Assembly: GCA_963662945.1 (NCBI GenBank)
Contig: OY759974.1
Coordinates: forward strand, 704,001 to 768,000
DNA length: 64,000 nucleotides
Direction of reading: 5' to 3'
DNA from: Arcobacteraceae bacterium
GTDB taxonomy: Bacteria; Campylobacterota; Campylobacteria; Campylobacterales; Arcobacteraceae
The notes below the pieces were generated by a model. That model worked only from the letters and a program-made list of their open reading frames with translations, did no database searches and was not told where the DNA came from. Within the stretch, counting starts at the first letter, position 1. Each line of letters opens with the position of its first letter. Position numbers and translations under genes: made by a program. This document shows positions 49,453 through 59,407 of the stretch, in pieces.

Positions 49453-50190
49453 TTATTTATCTGTTAAAAAATACTCTATATTATTCTCTTCTATAAATTT
49501 CACAAACATATCAAAATATTTTTTTGCTTCTAATTCATCATAAGAAGCTATTGAAATTATAACGGCTCTTTTTTCTCCATGAATCTGAGGCAACGATGAC
49601 ATATCAATATGAGAAGGTATTAACTTCATTGTATCTATCAAATCATTTTCACTACATAAAGCTTTCAATGAAAATCTTATTTTTGCTCTATTTGCTGGAT
49701 AATACTTCTCTAAAACTTCCAACACCATAGGATGTGCCATAGAAGGAAATCCAGGTGTAAAAAAATATTTTCCTTCCAAACCAAAACCTGGTACATTTGT
49801 CACTACATTTTTTAGTAAACTTGCATTTATTGGCAGATTTGCCATATTAATACGATGCGGGTAAGATTCATCACCAAATTTATCTATGATACACTTTTTA
49901 GCTTCACTATGTATTTCCATCTTTCCATCAGTAAAAGCATTTGCAGCTGCAACTCTTGTATAGTCATCTGGTGTTGCACCAATTCCACCAAAACAAAATA
50001 ACACTGCATCTGGATCATTTTTCACTAAACGAAAAACATCTTCTATAAAAGGTGGTTCATCTTTTATCACAAAAGAAGCTTTTTGTTCCCAACCTCTTTT
50101 TAAAAGTTCCTCATTAAGAAATGAGAAATGGGCATCTTCTCGACGCCCATTTAATAGTTCTGTACCAATAATTACAGAATAAAAATTCAT
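49453..50190 (-). CDS. CinA-like molybdopterin-binding domain protein
   Basis: IGTELLNG, GGIGATPDDYT, PGFP. Confidence 0.85.
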   Translation of the reverse strand: MNFYSVIIGTELLNGRREDAHFSFLNEELLKRGWEQKASFVIKDEPPFIEDVFRLVKNDPDAVLFCFGGIGATPDDYTRVAAANAFTDGKMEIHSEAKKCIIDKFGDESYPHRINMANLPINASLLKNVVTNVPGFGLEGKYFFTPGFPSMAHPMVLEVLEKYYPANRAKIRFSLKALCSENDLIDTMKLIPSHIDMSSLPQIHGEKRAVIISIASYDELEAKKYFDMFVKFIEENNIEYFLTDK

Positions 50191-50201
50191 AAAAACTCCA
50201 A

Positions 50202-50771
50202 TTACATTTTAGATTGGATAAACTCATCCATCTCAGAAACAATCTCTTCTATTGTTCTTTCACCATTAATCTTTACAAGCATATTTTTTGCTGTATAAAA
50301 GTTTTGTATTTCTGCTAATGGTTCTGTATATACTTTCATTCTGTTATTAAATACTTCATTATTATCATCTGCACCTCGTGAACGACCAAGAACTCTATCT
50401 CGTGCTACTTCTTCTGAAACTTCTACTTCAATAACATTCACCAATTTTACTTCATCTTCATGTACTAAATAGTTATCCAATGCTTCCATTTGTTCTAAAC
50501 TTCTTGGATAACCATCGATAACGATAACTGGTGTTGGTGCTTTTTTTATAGCATTTACAATTGTCTCTATTGCTACTTCAATTGGCACTAAATTTCCAGC
50601 ACTCATATATTTATCTAGTGTCTTTCCTAACTCACTTCCTGTTTTTACTTCTGCTCTAAACATATCTCCTGTTGAATAGTGTGTAATATTTTCGTGGTTT
50701 TTAGCAATAAGTTCTGCATCTGTAGTTTTTCCACTTCCAGGTGCACCAATTATCAAAAATAGCTTTTTCAT
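50202..50771 (-). CDS. adk: Adenylate kinase, short LID-less epsilonproteobacterial type
   Basis: [31 protein letters not shown]. Confidence 0.9.
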   Translation of the reverse strand: MKKLFLIIGAPGSGKTTDAELIAKNHENITHYSTGDMFRAEVKTGSELGKTLDKYMSAGNLVPIEVAIETIVNAIKKAPTPVIVIDGYPRSLEQMEALDNYLVHEDEVKLVNVIEVEVSEEVARDRVLGRSRGADDNNEVFNNRMKVYTEPLAEIQNFYTAKNMLVKINGERTIEEIVSEMDEFIQSKM

Positions 50772-50897
50772 AGCATTTTTCCTTCTTTTAAATTAAAAAT
50801 GATTATAACGAAAAGATGTTAAAGAAATTATTGATACATTATCTGTTATTAACTACTTTTTTTATACAATTACAAAAAAGAAAAGTAAGGAATAGAA

Positions 50898-51539
50898 ATG
50901 AATTTAATGCTATTTGGTGCACCTGGTGCAGGAAAAGGTACACAAGCAAAATTTTTAATAGAAAAGTACGGTATCCCACAAATCTCAACAGGAGATATTT
51001 TAAGAGCTGCAATTGCAGATGAAACAGCTATGGGTATGGAAGCAAAAAGATTCATGGATGAAGGAAAATTAGTTCCAGATTCAACTATTATTGGTATTAT
51101 TAAAGATAGATTAGCTGAAGATGATTGTAAAAATGGATTTATCTTAGATGGTTTTCCAAGAACATTACCTCAAGCTGAAGCTTTAAGTGAACTTATGAAA
51201 GAGATGAATATCTCTTTAGATAAAGTTATCTCTTTAAATGTTCCAGATGAACTAATCGTTGGTAGAATCACAGGAAGAAGAGTTTGTTCTAAATGTGGTG
51301 CTTCATTCCATGTAGAATTTAATCCTTCAAAAGAAGAAAATGTATGTGACTACTGTGGTGGAGAACTTATCATAAGAAAAGATGATAATGCTGAAACTGT
51401 AAAAAGTAGACTTGGGGCTTACCATGAGCAAACAGCACCACTTATAGCATTTTACACAAATATGGGTGTGATGGTAGAACTTGATGGAACAAAAGACGTA
51501 TCAGAAGTAACAGCTGATATGATTGCAGCACTGAACTAA
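50898..51539 (+). CDS. adk: Adenylate kinase, long Zn-LID type
   Basis: GAPGAGKGTQ, STGDILR, LDGFPRT, CSKC..CDYC, RKDD. Confidence 0.93.
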   Translation: MNLMLFGAPGAGKGTQAKFLIEKYGIPQISTGDILRAAIADETAMGMEAKRFMDEGKLVPDSTIIGIIKDRLAEDDCKNGFILDGFPRTLPQAEALSELMKEMNISLDKVISLNVPDELIVGRITGRRVCSKCGASFHVEFNPSKEENVCDYCGGELIIRKDDNAETVKSRLGAYHEQTAPLIAFYTNMGVMVELDGTKDVSEVTADMIAALN

Positions 51540-51592
51540 TATACTCAAATTTTTGAAAAATATTTAAATTTTCTCTTAAATAAAAAAACTAC

Positions 51593-51627
51593 AAACTTCC
51601 CTTTGACGCTAGTAAAAGGGAGGTTTT
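51593..51627 (+). terminator. Probable terminator hairpin after long adk
   Basis: AAACTTCCCTTT..AAAGGGAGGTTTT. Confidence 0.55.
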
Positions 51628-51652
51628 AACTTTATTTATATATCATTTCTTC

Positions 51653-52861
51653 ATGAAAAAATTTATAACTTACAATGAATCATTAAATATATTAAATACC
51701 ATTTTATATGAAAACAAATCAACACAAAAACTTTTTATAAGTGACAGTTTAGGAAGAGTATTAGCCAAAGATATCGTTGCATCAGAAAACTCACCAGCAT
51801 TTGAAACTTCTGCTATGGATGGATATGCTCTCAAACATGAAGATTTACATCTAGGCAAACTAAAAATCACAGATAAAAATCCAGCTGGTACAATGATAAC
51901 ATCAAAAGTAGAAACAGGAACATGTATCAAAACATTTACAGGTTCACTTATGCCAAAAGGAAGTGATACACTTATACCTATAGAAAATGTTACTGTTGAG
52001 GGTGAATATATTATTATCAATGAAGAGGTTCCAAAAAACTTTGCAGTAAGAGCAGTTGGGGAAAACTACAAAAAAGATGAAGTTCTTATAAATGCAGGAA
52101 CTTTAATCGACTTTGCACAAATCGGTGTAATGGCTAGTTTAAATGTGGCTCAAGTAGAAGTATATACACAACCAACTATTGCTATAGCAAGTACAGGAAG
52201 TGAAATACTAGATGTGGGAGAAACACAAACAAATGACTCACAAATAAGAAGTTCAAATCATCTTACTTTAGAAGCAATAGCTAGAAAAAATGGTGCAGAT
52301 GTTTTGCAAATGGGTGTCGTAAAAGATGATAAAGAATCTATAACTAACCTTCTTAAAAATGCCCTTGAAAACGCTGATATAGTTGTAACTACTGGTGGGG
52401 TTAGTGTTGGAGATTATGATTTTGTAAAAGATGTTATTAAAGAAGATTTACAATGTGAAGTCCTCTTCCAAGGTGTAGATATCAAACCGGGGCAACATAT
52501 ACTTTTTGCTAAAAAAGATGAAAAGTTTATCATAGGACTTCCAGGTTTTGCATACTCTAGTACTGTAACATTCTTGCTTTATGTACTACCACTTATTTAT
52601 AAACTTAAAGGTGCAAATGAAAAACTCAATATAATAGAAGCTATCTGTGATGAAAACTTTCCAAAAAAAGGAAATAAAACTACTTTTACAGCTTGTAATA
52701 TAGAATTTAAAGATGGGAACTATCATATTAACTTTGATGGGAAAAAAAGTGGAAGTAGTGCTATTTTGACAAATATGCTTGGAAATTGTGGATTGTTATT
52801 TCAAGAGGCGGATAGTGGTGCTATATCTAAATGGGATAGAGTTAAGGTTATTTTACTTTAA
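51653..52861 (+). CDS. moeA: Molybdopterin molybdotransferase
   Basis: SAMDGYA, STGSE, TTGGVSVGDYD, KPG, LPG. Confidence 0.95.
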   Translation: MKKFITYNESLNILNTILYENKSTQKLFISDSLGRVLAKDIVASENSPAFETSAMDGYALKHEDLHLGKLKITDKNPAGTMITSKVETGTCIKTFTGSLMPKGSDTLIPIENVTVEGEYIIINEEVPKNFAVRAVGENYKKDEVLINAGTLIDFAQIGVMASLNVAQVEVYTQPTIAIASTGSEILDVGETQTNDSQIRSSNHLTLEAIARKNGADVLQMGVVKDDKESITNLLKNALENADIVVTTGGVSVGDYDFVKDVIKEDLQCEVLFQGVDIKPGQHILFAKKDEKFIIGLPGFAYSSTVTFLLYVLPLIYKLKGANEKLNIIEAICDENFPKKGNKTTFTACNIEFKDGNYHINFDGKKSGSSAILTNMLGNCGLLFQEADSGAISKWDRVKVILL

Positions 52862-52886
52862 CTCTATACTAAATTTTCAAAAAATA

Positions 52887-54464
52887 TTACGAATTTCCTC
52901 GTATTATTTCCTCTTTTAAAGCCTGTTTATCGATCTTAGACTTATCTTTAGAATCCATAGGCATATTTGCTTTAAAAATAATCGTTGTAGGTATCATATA
53001 AGATGGAAGATGTTTTTTGAGTTCAAAGATTATCTCATTTTTAGCTAACTCTTTTGTTCCACTATAAACTAAAACTACCTCTTCCTCTATTTTCTCATTT
53101 TCTATCCCAAAAACTGCACACTCTTTTACCTCTGGAATATTTTCATATACAACAGTTTCAATTTCAAGTGGGCTTATTCTATAACCACTTGTTTTAATCA
53201 TATCATCATGTCTACATACAAAATAGATATAACCCTCTTCATCTTTATATACATAATCCCCAGTTGCAACAACAACCTCATCTGTTAAACCTTGTTGTAG
53301 GTCTATGACATTTTCTAGAATTTTAATAGATTTAAAACTATTGTCAGTATCTTCTTGTGAGTTCCAAAATCCACGATAAATTCCTGCACCTCTATGGATA
53401 AGCTGCCCTACTTCTCTTGGAGCACATTCATATCCTTTTTCATTGATAACATAAAGGTCTACATCTGGGATAGCTTTTCCTATAGAGTTTGGTCTTATTT
53501 TTATCTGAGAGGGATCAAGGTATGCTGAACGAAATGCTTCTGTATGTCCACTCATAGAGTAAAACTTCGTTTTAGGAAAATACTCTTGAATTTTTTCAAT
53601 CATTGTCATAGTTACATTTCCACCTGAAGAAGTAATAACTCTTACATGTTCAAGTTGTGAAGGACTTGGAAGTCTATGACTATCTTCATCAAACATTTGT
53701 GAGAAATGTACAGGCATAGCACCTATTACAGTTACTTTATCTTTTAAAATATGTGCAAAAAAATCACTTGGTGTAAAAAATGTATAGATAGCAAAAGTAG
53801 CTCGTGCATAAAATGAAGTAAATATTTGATTTAAACCATAATCAAAACTAAATGAGAGTAATCCACTTAATACATCATCCTCTTTTATCTCTAAATAGTT
53901 ATAGACAACTCTTGCACTATCTATAAGGTTTTTATGTGAGATAACAACCCCTTTTGGAAAACCACTTGAAGCAAAAGAATAAGTTATCGCTGCATTATCA
54001 TGCCCTTTGATACTACATTCATAACTACTACTATAACATTTGTAAATCTCTTTAAAAGAAACTATTTCCTCATCAGAACTTTCCACTGTGATGATTTTTC
54101 CACTATATGAAGTCTCTTTTAGGGTTTTTAACTTTTGCTCATCTGTTATCATACAGCTTATATCACAATCTTTGATGATATACTCAACTTGTTCTGCTTT
54201 TAATAACTTTGTAATAGGAACTAAAACATAATCAGTTGATAACACAGCTAAGATAGAGATAACTTTTTGGTTGTTTTTATTTGAGTAAATACCTATTCTT
54301 GCACCTTTTCCCAACTCTAAAGTTGTGATATAGTGAGCTAGTTTATTTACTTGTTCATACACTTCACTGTATGTAAGCTTCCCAACTTTATCAATAAGAG
54401 CTATTTTATCAGGTGTTTTTTGATTTGCGATTTCTACTAGGTTTCTTATACTATTGATAGACAT
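52887..54464 (-). CDS. AMP-binding (ANL superfamily) adenylate-forming enzyme with divergent P-loop
   Basis: YSFASSGFPKGV, FDYGLNQ, GHTEAFRS, SIGKAIP, TGD, RHDDMIKTSGYRISP, KIDK. Confidence 0.85.
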   Translation of the reverse strand: MSINSIRNLVEIANQKTPDKIALIDKVGKLTYSEVYEQVNKLAHYITTLELGKGARIGIYSNKNNQKVISILAVLSTDYVLVPITKLLKAEQVEYIIKDCDISCMITDEQKLKTLKETSYSGKIITVESSDEEIVSFKEIYKCYSSSYECSIKGHDNAAITYSFASSGFPKGVVISHKNLIDSARVVYNYLEIKEDDVLSGLLSFSFDYGLNQIFTSFYARATFAIYTFFTPSDFFAHILKDKVTVIGAMPVHFSQMFDEDSHRLPSPSQLEHVRVITSSGGNVTMTMIEKIQEYFPKTKFYSMSGHTEAFRSAYLDPSQIKIRPNSIGKAIPDVDLYVINEKGYECAPREVGQLIHRGAGIYRGFWNSQEDTDNSFKSIKILENVIDLQQGLTDEVVVATGDYVYKDEEGYIYFVCRHDDMIKTSGYRISPLEIETVVYENIPEVKECAVFGIENEKIEEEVVLVYSGTKELAKNEIIFELKKHLPSYMIPTTIIFKANMPMDSKDKSKIDKQALKEEIIRGNS

Positions 54465-54474
54465 TCCCTACTCC

Positions 54475-55650
54475 TTATTTACTCATACCAAGTGTCCAGA
54501 TCTCATAATCTTTGTCCACTACAAGTGTTGGTGTTGTATTAAAATGTAAAAGCTTTTTATAAAAAAATGAGATAATATCTTCCATCTCTTCATTATCTAA
54601 AACTTTTGTAATTCCACCTGTTAATACTATAGAATTAAGTGTATCAAGTTTTATATTTAAGTATGATTTATGATGATGTGATATTTTATATAAAACTAAG
54701 AAAATAGAGAGTTGCATAAGAAGTTTTGTAGTCTTTGCATCTTTACTATCTAGCATGTTTTCTGTAGTATTAAGATGTGCTAAAAGTTCATATACAAACT
54801 CATTGTTTTTTGCAGTGTGTACTAAACTTTCTCTTGATTTATAAACACCAAGTTTTTTAAATACTAGTCTATCGTATTCATTCTCTGTAAGGATGTTATC
54901 ATCTACTAAATCTTTAGAGTAATGAATATCTGTCGTAGCCCCACCAATATCTATCACGATAAATGGATCAGCAACATCAAGTTTTGTATGAATCAATGGT
55001 AATGATTGATTTACGATATATGGTGTTGAGTATATCTGATTTGATGTAAGTTCATATAATCTTTTTATATCCTCTTTCCCCATAATATCTGCTTGGTAAA
55101 GGTTAGTTAAATACTCTTTTAAATCATCCTCTACCATTTTAAGTTTATTGTCTATGATATTTGGCAATACAACTAGATTTTCAATATTTTGTGTCAAAAA
55201 TTCAACTTGTGTTTGGCTTCCCACATAAACTATATTTGAGTAGTTTAATTTATCAAGATAGGTTATAAGTGTTTCATCAAATACATTTTGTACACTGTCA
55301 ATCCCACCTACAACAATAACCACATCAAGAGTATCAGTTGGTACTGCATAACTCTCAATTTGAGAATACACAACAGTTTCAATAATATTGATACCAGAAT
55401 TATACGCTATATTTGAAGCATATTTTAAACTAAATGATTCAGTAAGTCCAATAATAAGTGTACTTAATCCACCATTTGCAGAACTACAGATTTGTATCTC
55501 ATCTTTTTGATATTTTTGGATTGTCTCAGCACATTTAAATAGTAAATCATCATAAATATCTTTATCAAAATTTCTAAAATGATGAGAAATATTTCCATCA
55601 TCACATACTTTAAAATAAGTACTTCCTACATCTATTAACATTTTGCTCAT
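54475..55650 (-). CDS. glmL: Glutamate mutase reactivase GlmL (MutL of the glutamate mutase system; ASKHA ATPase fold)
   Basis: IDVGSTYFK, CSSANGGL, IDIGGATTDIHY, LTGG. Confidence 0.85.
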   Translation of the reverse strand: MSKMLIDVGSTYFKVCDDGNISHHFRNFDKDIYDDLLFKCAETIQKYQKDEIQICSSANGGLSTLIIGLTESFSLKYASNIAYNSGINIIETVVYSQIESYAVPTDTLDVVIVVGGIDSVQNVFDETLITYLDKLNYSNIVYVGSQTQVEFLTQNIENLVVLPNIIDNKLKMVEDDLKEYLTNLYQADIMGKEDIKRLYELTSNQIYSTPYIVNQSLPLIHTKLDVADPFIVIDIGGATTDIHYSKDLVDDNILTENEYDRLVFKKLGVYKSRESLVHTAKNNEFVYELLAHLNTTENMLDSKDAKTTKLLMQLSIFLVLYKISHHHKSYLNIKLDTLNSIVLTGGITKVLDNEEMEDIISFFYKKLLHFNTTPTLVVDKDYEIWTLGMSK

Positions 55651-57011
55651 AACATAACTCCAATATCATGGATGATTTGATTTACCACTGAGTTTGGATT
55701 TTCCCCAAGGTCTATTTTTGATTGTTCATATTTAAAACTTTTTTCACTTAAAGGAAGTTTCCCTTTTTTATAAATACGAATATTGCTATCTTTATCTCTT
55801 ACGGTGATAAGTTCATTGTTGTTTATAATATGTGGAGAGAATGGAACATCTATGATACCATTTTTAATAGAGTTGAATACTTTTCTCCAAAGAGTATCTG
55901 CATGGTCATTAAAAATTGCTTCAAATATCTCATCCACTTCTCTTTCTAGATTTTCCTCTTCTTCCTCATCTACAAAAGCAGGAACTCCTCGAAGTGTTTT
56001 AAGAGTATATTGTACATTTGAAACAGCTTGGGCATTGTCCTCTTTTGTAGGAATACCAAAAGCTTCTGCACGTGTTTTTGTGATAATTTTATCTGCTTTT
56101 ACCATACCAGCTATCATAGCACCTATATCTATGAGGCTATCTGATTTAAACTTATCTCGTGGGAAAGCTCCCATCCATTGATGATATACTAGATTTATAG
56201 TTGCATCAGTTACACCTATTTTTGCTGCATATTCATTTGCTTTTTTTCGTAATACTTTTGACATAACTAAATCTTGATTTAAACTTCCACTTTGAGCAAA
56301 ACTTACAGAGAAAGATTTTACACCCTCTTCTAGTGAAAGTAGCATCTCACAGATTTGTATAACTATAGTAATACAAGGTGGCACTAAAGTTGCTGTAAGT
56401 GGTCCAAATGATTCTCTATTGATTGGTTCATTGAGTGTTGAGTATTTTGCACAAACTCTTTCCACATGTTTCCAATATAAAAAAGCTTTATCTTGTGGAA
56501 AGTTTTTTGAATATGGGAGGATATAGGTTATAGGTCCACCCTCTATCTCAAAAACACCACTTGCTATTGCCATCTCTACAAGTAGTCTTGCATCTGGTGT
56601 TCCATGTCGTAAACTCACAGGTGTATTAAAATGTGTAACCATTTTTCGTGTAGTTCTATATCCATGGTTTATAAGTGGATAACCGTTTAAAAGGTCAGTT
56701 TCTGTCTCTTCAGAAAGTCTCAACATCTTTGCAGCACTTCCATAGTCATTAAGTCTTGTATGAGAATCAATTGTCATAGGTAAGATATCTACTACAGGTG
56801 CAAATTGTTCATAGAGTGCATACATTTTTTCAAAAGTTGGAAATCCACCTCTTGGTTGTACTAAAGTCTTATCTCTATTGTTTTTAAACTTATGAGATAT
56901 AAAAAGCTCTTTATTTGCATTTTTTACAAACTCTTCAATCTCAGAAAAATCAAAATTATCAACATATTGGTTTGATACGATTATTTCTCTATCTCTTTGT
57001 AGTAAACTCAT
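55647..57011 (-). CDS. glmE: Glutamate (methylaspartate) mutase, E subunit
   Basis: QPRGG, TIDSHTRLN, LLNGYP, RHGTPDARLL, EGGPITY, NRESFGPLT, HQWMGAFP, EAFGIPT. Confidence 0.92.
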   Translation of the reverse strand: MSLLQRDREIIVSNQYVDNFDFSEIEEFVKNANKELFISHKFKNNRDKTLVQPRGGFPTFEKMYALYEQFAPVVDILPMTIDSHTRLNDYGSAAKMLRLSEETETDLLNGYPLINHGYRTTRKMVTHFNTPVSLRHGTPDARLLVEMAIASGVFEIEGGPITYILPYSKNFPQDKAFLYWKHVERVCAKYSTLNEPINRESFGPLTATLVPPCITIVIQICEMLLSLEEGVKSFSVSFAQSGSLNQDLVMSKVLRKKANEYAAKIGVTDATINLVYHQWMGAFPRDKFKSDSLIDIGAMIAGMVKADKIITKTRAEAFGIPTKEDNAQAVSNVQYTLKTLRGVPAFVDEEEEENLEREVDEIFEAIFNDHADTLWRKVFNSIKNGIIDVPFSPHIINNNELITVRDKDSNIRIYKKGKLPLSEKSFKYEQSKIDLGENPNSVVNQIIHDIGVML

Positions 57012-57415
57012 AGTAAGTATCCTTGTACATGGTTATCAAGAATATTTAAACCTTCCATCAAATCAATTTGATGAAAAACCAAATCAAAACCATACTCTTT
57101 GAATTTTGGTACTATTAAGCTCTCATCACCCTCACCAACACTCAAGTTTCCACCAATAACAAATACTACATCTTTAAGTTTATACTTATCTTTTAAAATC
57201 ATCAAATCTCTACACCACCCTTCGGCTTCACCGTTAAGTGAAGAGATAAGTAAAACCTTCGCATCTGTTTCTATGACTGCATCAATAAACTCTTCTAAAT
57301 AGGTATTAACCCCAAGATTAAATACCTCATATCCCCTACTTTGTAAAGAGATATCAATAAGTCTATTTGCTACAACATGGATATCATTTCCAACTACACC
57401 TGTTACAACTTTCAC
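57008..57415 (-). CDS. Glutamate mutase S (B12-binding) subunit
   Basis: GNDIHVVAN (DxHxxG-type), SSLNG, GGNL; GTG start with AGGA SD. Confidence 0.92.
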   Translation of the reverse strand: MKVVTGVVGNDIHVVANRLIDISLQSRGYEVFNLGVNTYLEEFIDAVIETDAKVLLISSLNGEAEGWCRDLMILKDKYKLKDVVFVIGGNLSVGEGDESLIVPKFKEYGFDLVFHQIDLMEGLNILDNHVQGYLL

Positions 57416-57514
57416 ATCTTATCCTAGTAAAAAAATTGTGTGATTATATCTAAATAGTGATTAAAAGTATTATTTGATATAATCCCATTACTAACATACA
57501 AAATAGGAAAATGA

Positions 57515-57997
57515 ATGAAATCATATACAGCAGATATCTGTGATAAACATCCACATGAAGTACAAGTACTAGACCCAATATTACAATCTTTTGGTGGCGT
57601 TTCAATGTGCCATGGAGAGATTGTAACAGTAAAACTTTTTGAAGATAATAAGGCTTTAGTAGAACTCTTAAGAGATAATAAGGGGCATGGGAAAGTATGT
57701 GTTGTTGATGTTGAAGGTGATTATTGTGCTGTAGTTGGTGAAACACTTATGGGATATGCTTATCATAACGGTTGGGAAGGTATCATCATCAATGGTTATG
57801 TAAGAGACACACACCAAACTACACAAATACCTGTAGGACTTTGGGCTTTGGGAACTTATCCATTTAAAAGCCAAAAGAAACAAGTAGCAGAACACAATAT
57901 TGAACTAAACTTTGGAAATGTTACTTTTAGAGTTGGTGAGTTTTTATATGCTGATAGAGATGGAGTTGTTGTAACAAAAGAGAATATAGTTTTATAG
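57515..57997 (+). CDS. rraA: RraA family protein (RNase E inhibitor / HMG-aldolase fold)
   Basis: TADICD, FGG, FEDN, VVDVEG, NGWEGIIINGYVRD, YADRDGVV. Confidence 0.88.
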   Translation: MKSYTADICDKHPHEVQVLDPILQSFGGVSMCHGEIVTVKLFEDNKALVELLRDNKGHGKVCVVDVEGDYCAVVGETLMGYAYHNGWEGIIINGYVRDTHQTTQIPVGLWALGTYPFKSQKKQVAEHNIELNFGNVTFRVGEFLYADRDGVVVTKENIVL

Positions 57998-58016
57998 GCT
58001 ATATTCCCTTTTCTTT

Positions 58017-59282
58017 TTAAAATCTTCTTGTAGGCCCTACATATCTTTGTCTTGGTCTTACAATTTTATTTGTTTTATCTCTTTTTTGTTCCATCCACTG
58101 TGCTATCCAACCTACTGTTCTTCCTATAACAAAAATTGGTGTAAACATACTTCTTGGTATATTTAATGATGAAAGAATAGTCCCTGAATAAAAATCTATA
58201 TTTGGATATAAGTTTCTACTTACAAAATACTCATCTGTTAAAGCAATATGTTCTATTTTATTTGCTATTTCTATAAGTTTAGAGTTAATTCCAAGCTCCT
58301 CTTGTAGTGAATCTCGAAGCTCTTTTAATACTCTTGCCCGTGGGTCAAAGTTTTTATAAACTCTATGTCCAAATCCCATAAGCTTAAATGGATCATCTTT
58401 ATCTTTAGCTTTTGCGATATATTTATCTACATTACTAACATCACCTATCATCTCTAATTGTGCTATAACTGATTCATTTGCTCCACCGTGAGCTCTTCCC
58501 CAAAGTGCATTTATCCCAGCACTAATAGCAGCATATGGATGTGCACCCGTAGAACATACAAGTCTTACTGTTGAAGTTGAGGCATTTTGCTCATGGTCAG
58601 CATGAAGTGTAAATATTGCATCAAGGGCTTTTACTTCAATATCACTAATAATTTCATGTCCTCCAGGAAATGAACGCATCATATATAAAAAGTTTTCAGT
58701 AAAATATCTATCCATATCAGGATAAACAAGTGGATAACCCATAGAGTTTCTATAAGTATATGCACAAAGGGTTGGTACTTTTGAAATAATTCTTCGTGCC
58801 ATATCTTGATACTCTTCTTCACTATTGATATTTAAGTGTTGATGATGAAAAGCACTTAAAGCTGAAACAGCAGATGATAATACAGACATTGGATGTGCGT
58901 TGTCAGGAAAAGCATCAAAAATCTTTCTAATACCCTCATTTGGATATCTTTTTATCCTCATATCTTGTTCAAAGATTGTAAACTCTTCTTTTGAGGGAAT
59001 ATTCCCTTTTAGTAGTAAATAACACACCTCAAGATAATTATGATTTTTTGCAAGATACTCTATAGGATATCCTCTATAAAGTAGTTCCCCTTTTGCACCA
59101 TCTATGTATGTTATATCTGAAGTACAACCTGCTGTCATACCAAAACCATTGTCATAAGTCCAAAGTCCAAATTCTTTATTTAAAGGAGATATATCAATAA
59201 CACCACTTCCCAATGTTGAATCATAGATATTTAAATCTATCTCTTTATTAGTTTGATTATCTCTTAGTGTCACTGTCTTCAT
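58017..59282 (-). CDS. gltA: Citrate synthase
   Basis: LHADHEQNAST, HGGANE, GFGHRVYKNFDPR, YPNIDFYSG. Confidence 0.96.
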   Translation of the reverse strand: MKTVTLRDNQTNKEIDLNIYDSTLGSGVIDISPLNKEFGLWTYDNGFGMTAGCTSDITYIDGAKGELLYRGYPIEYLAKNHNYLEVCYLLLKGNIPSKEEFTIFEQDMRIKRYPNEGIRKIFDAFPDNAHPMSVLSSAVSALSAFHHQHLNINSEEEYQDMARRIISKVPTLCAYTYRNSMGYPLVYPDMDRYFTENFLYMMRSFPGGHEIISDIEVKALDAIFTLHADHEQNASTSTVRLVCSTGAHPYAAISAGINALWGRAHGGANESVIAQLEMIGDVSNVDKYIAKAKDKDDPFKLMGFGHRVYKNFDPRARVLKELRDSLQEELGINSKLIEIANKIEHIALTDEYFVSRNLYPNIDFYSGTILSSLNIPRSMFTPIFVIGRTVGWIAQWMEQKRDKTNKIVRPRQRYVGPTRRF

Positions 59283-59407
59283 AGTCTTTTCCTTATTATA
59301 AAAATTTATATTTCAATCTTATCTTATTTACAATTAGAGTTTGTTTTATTTTAGAATATAGCACCATAAAGAAAGATACTTGATAAATAAATTTGAGAAG
59401 TTATCAA

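Noticed and set aside
54475-57415. Reading MutL/MutS/GlmS names as mismatch repair or glucosamine synthase
   Set aside because: Name collision only; motifs are glutamate mutase subunits and the reactivase
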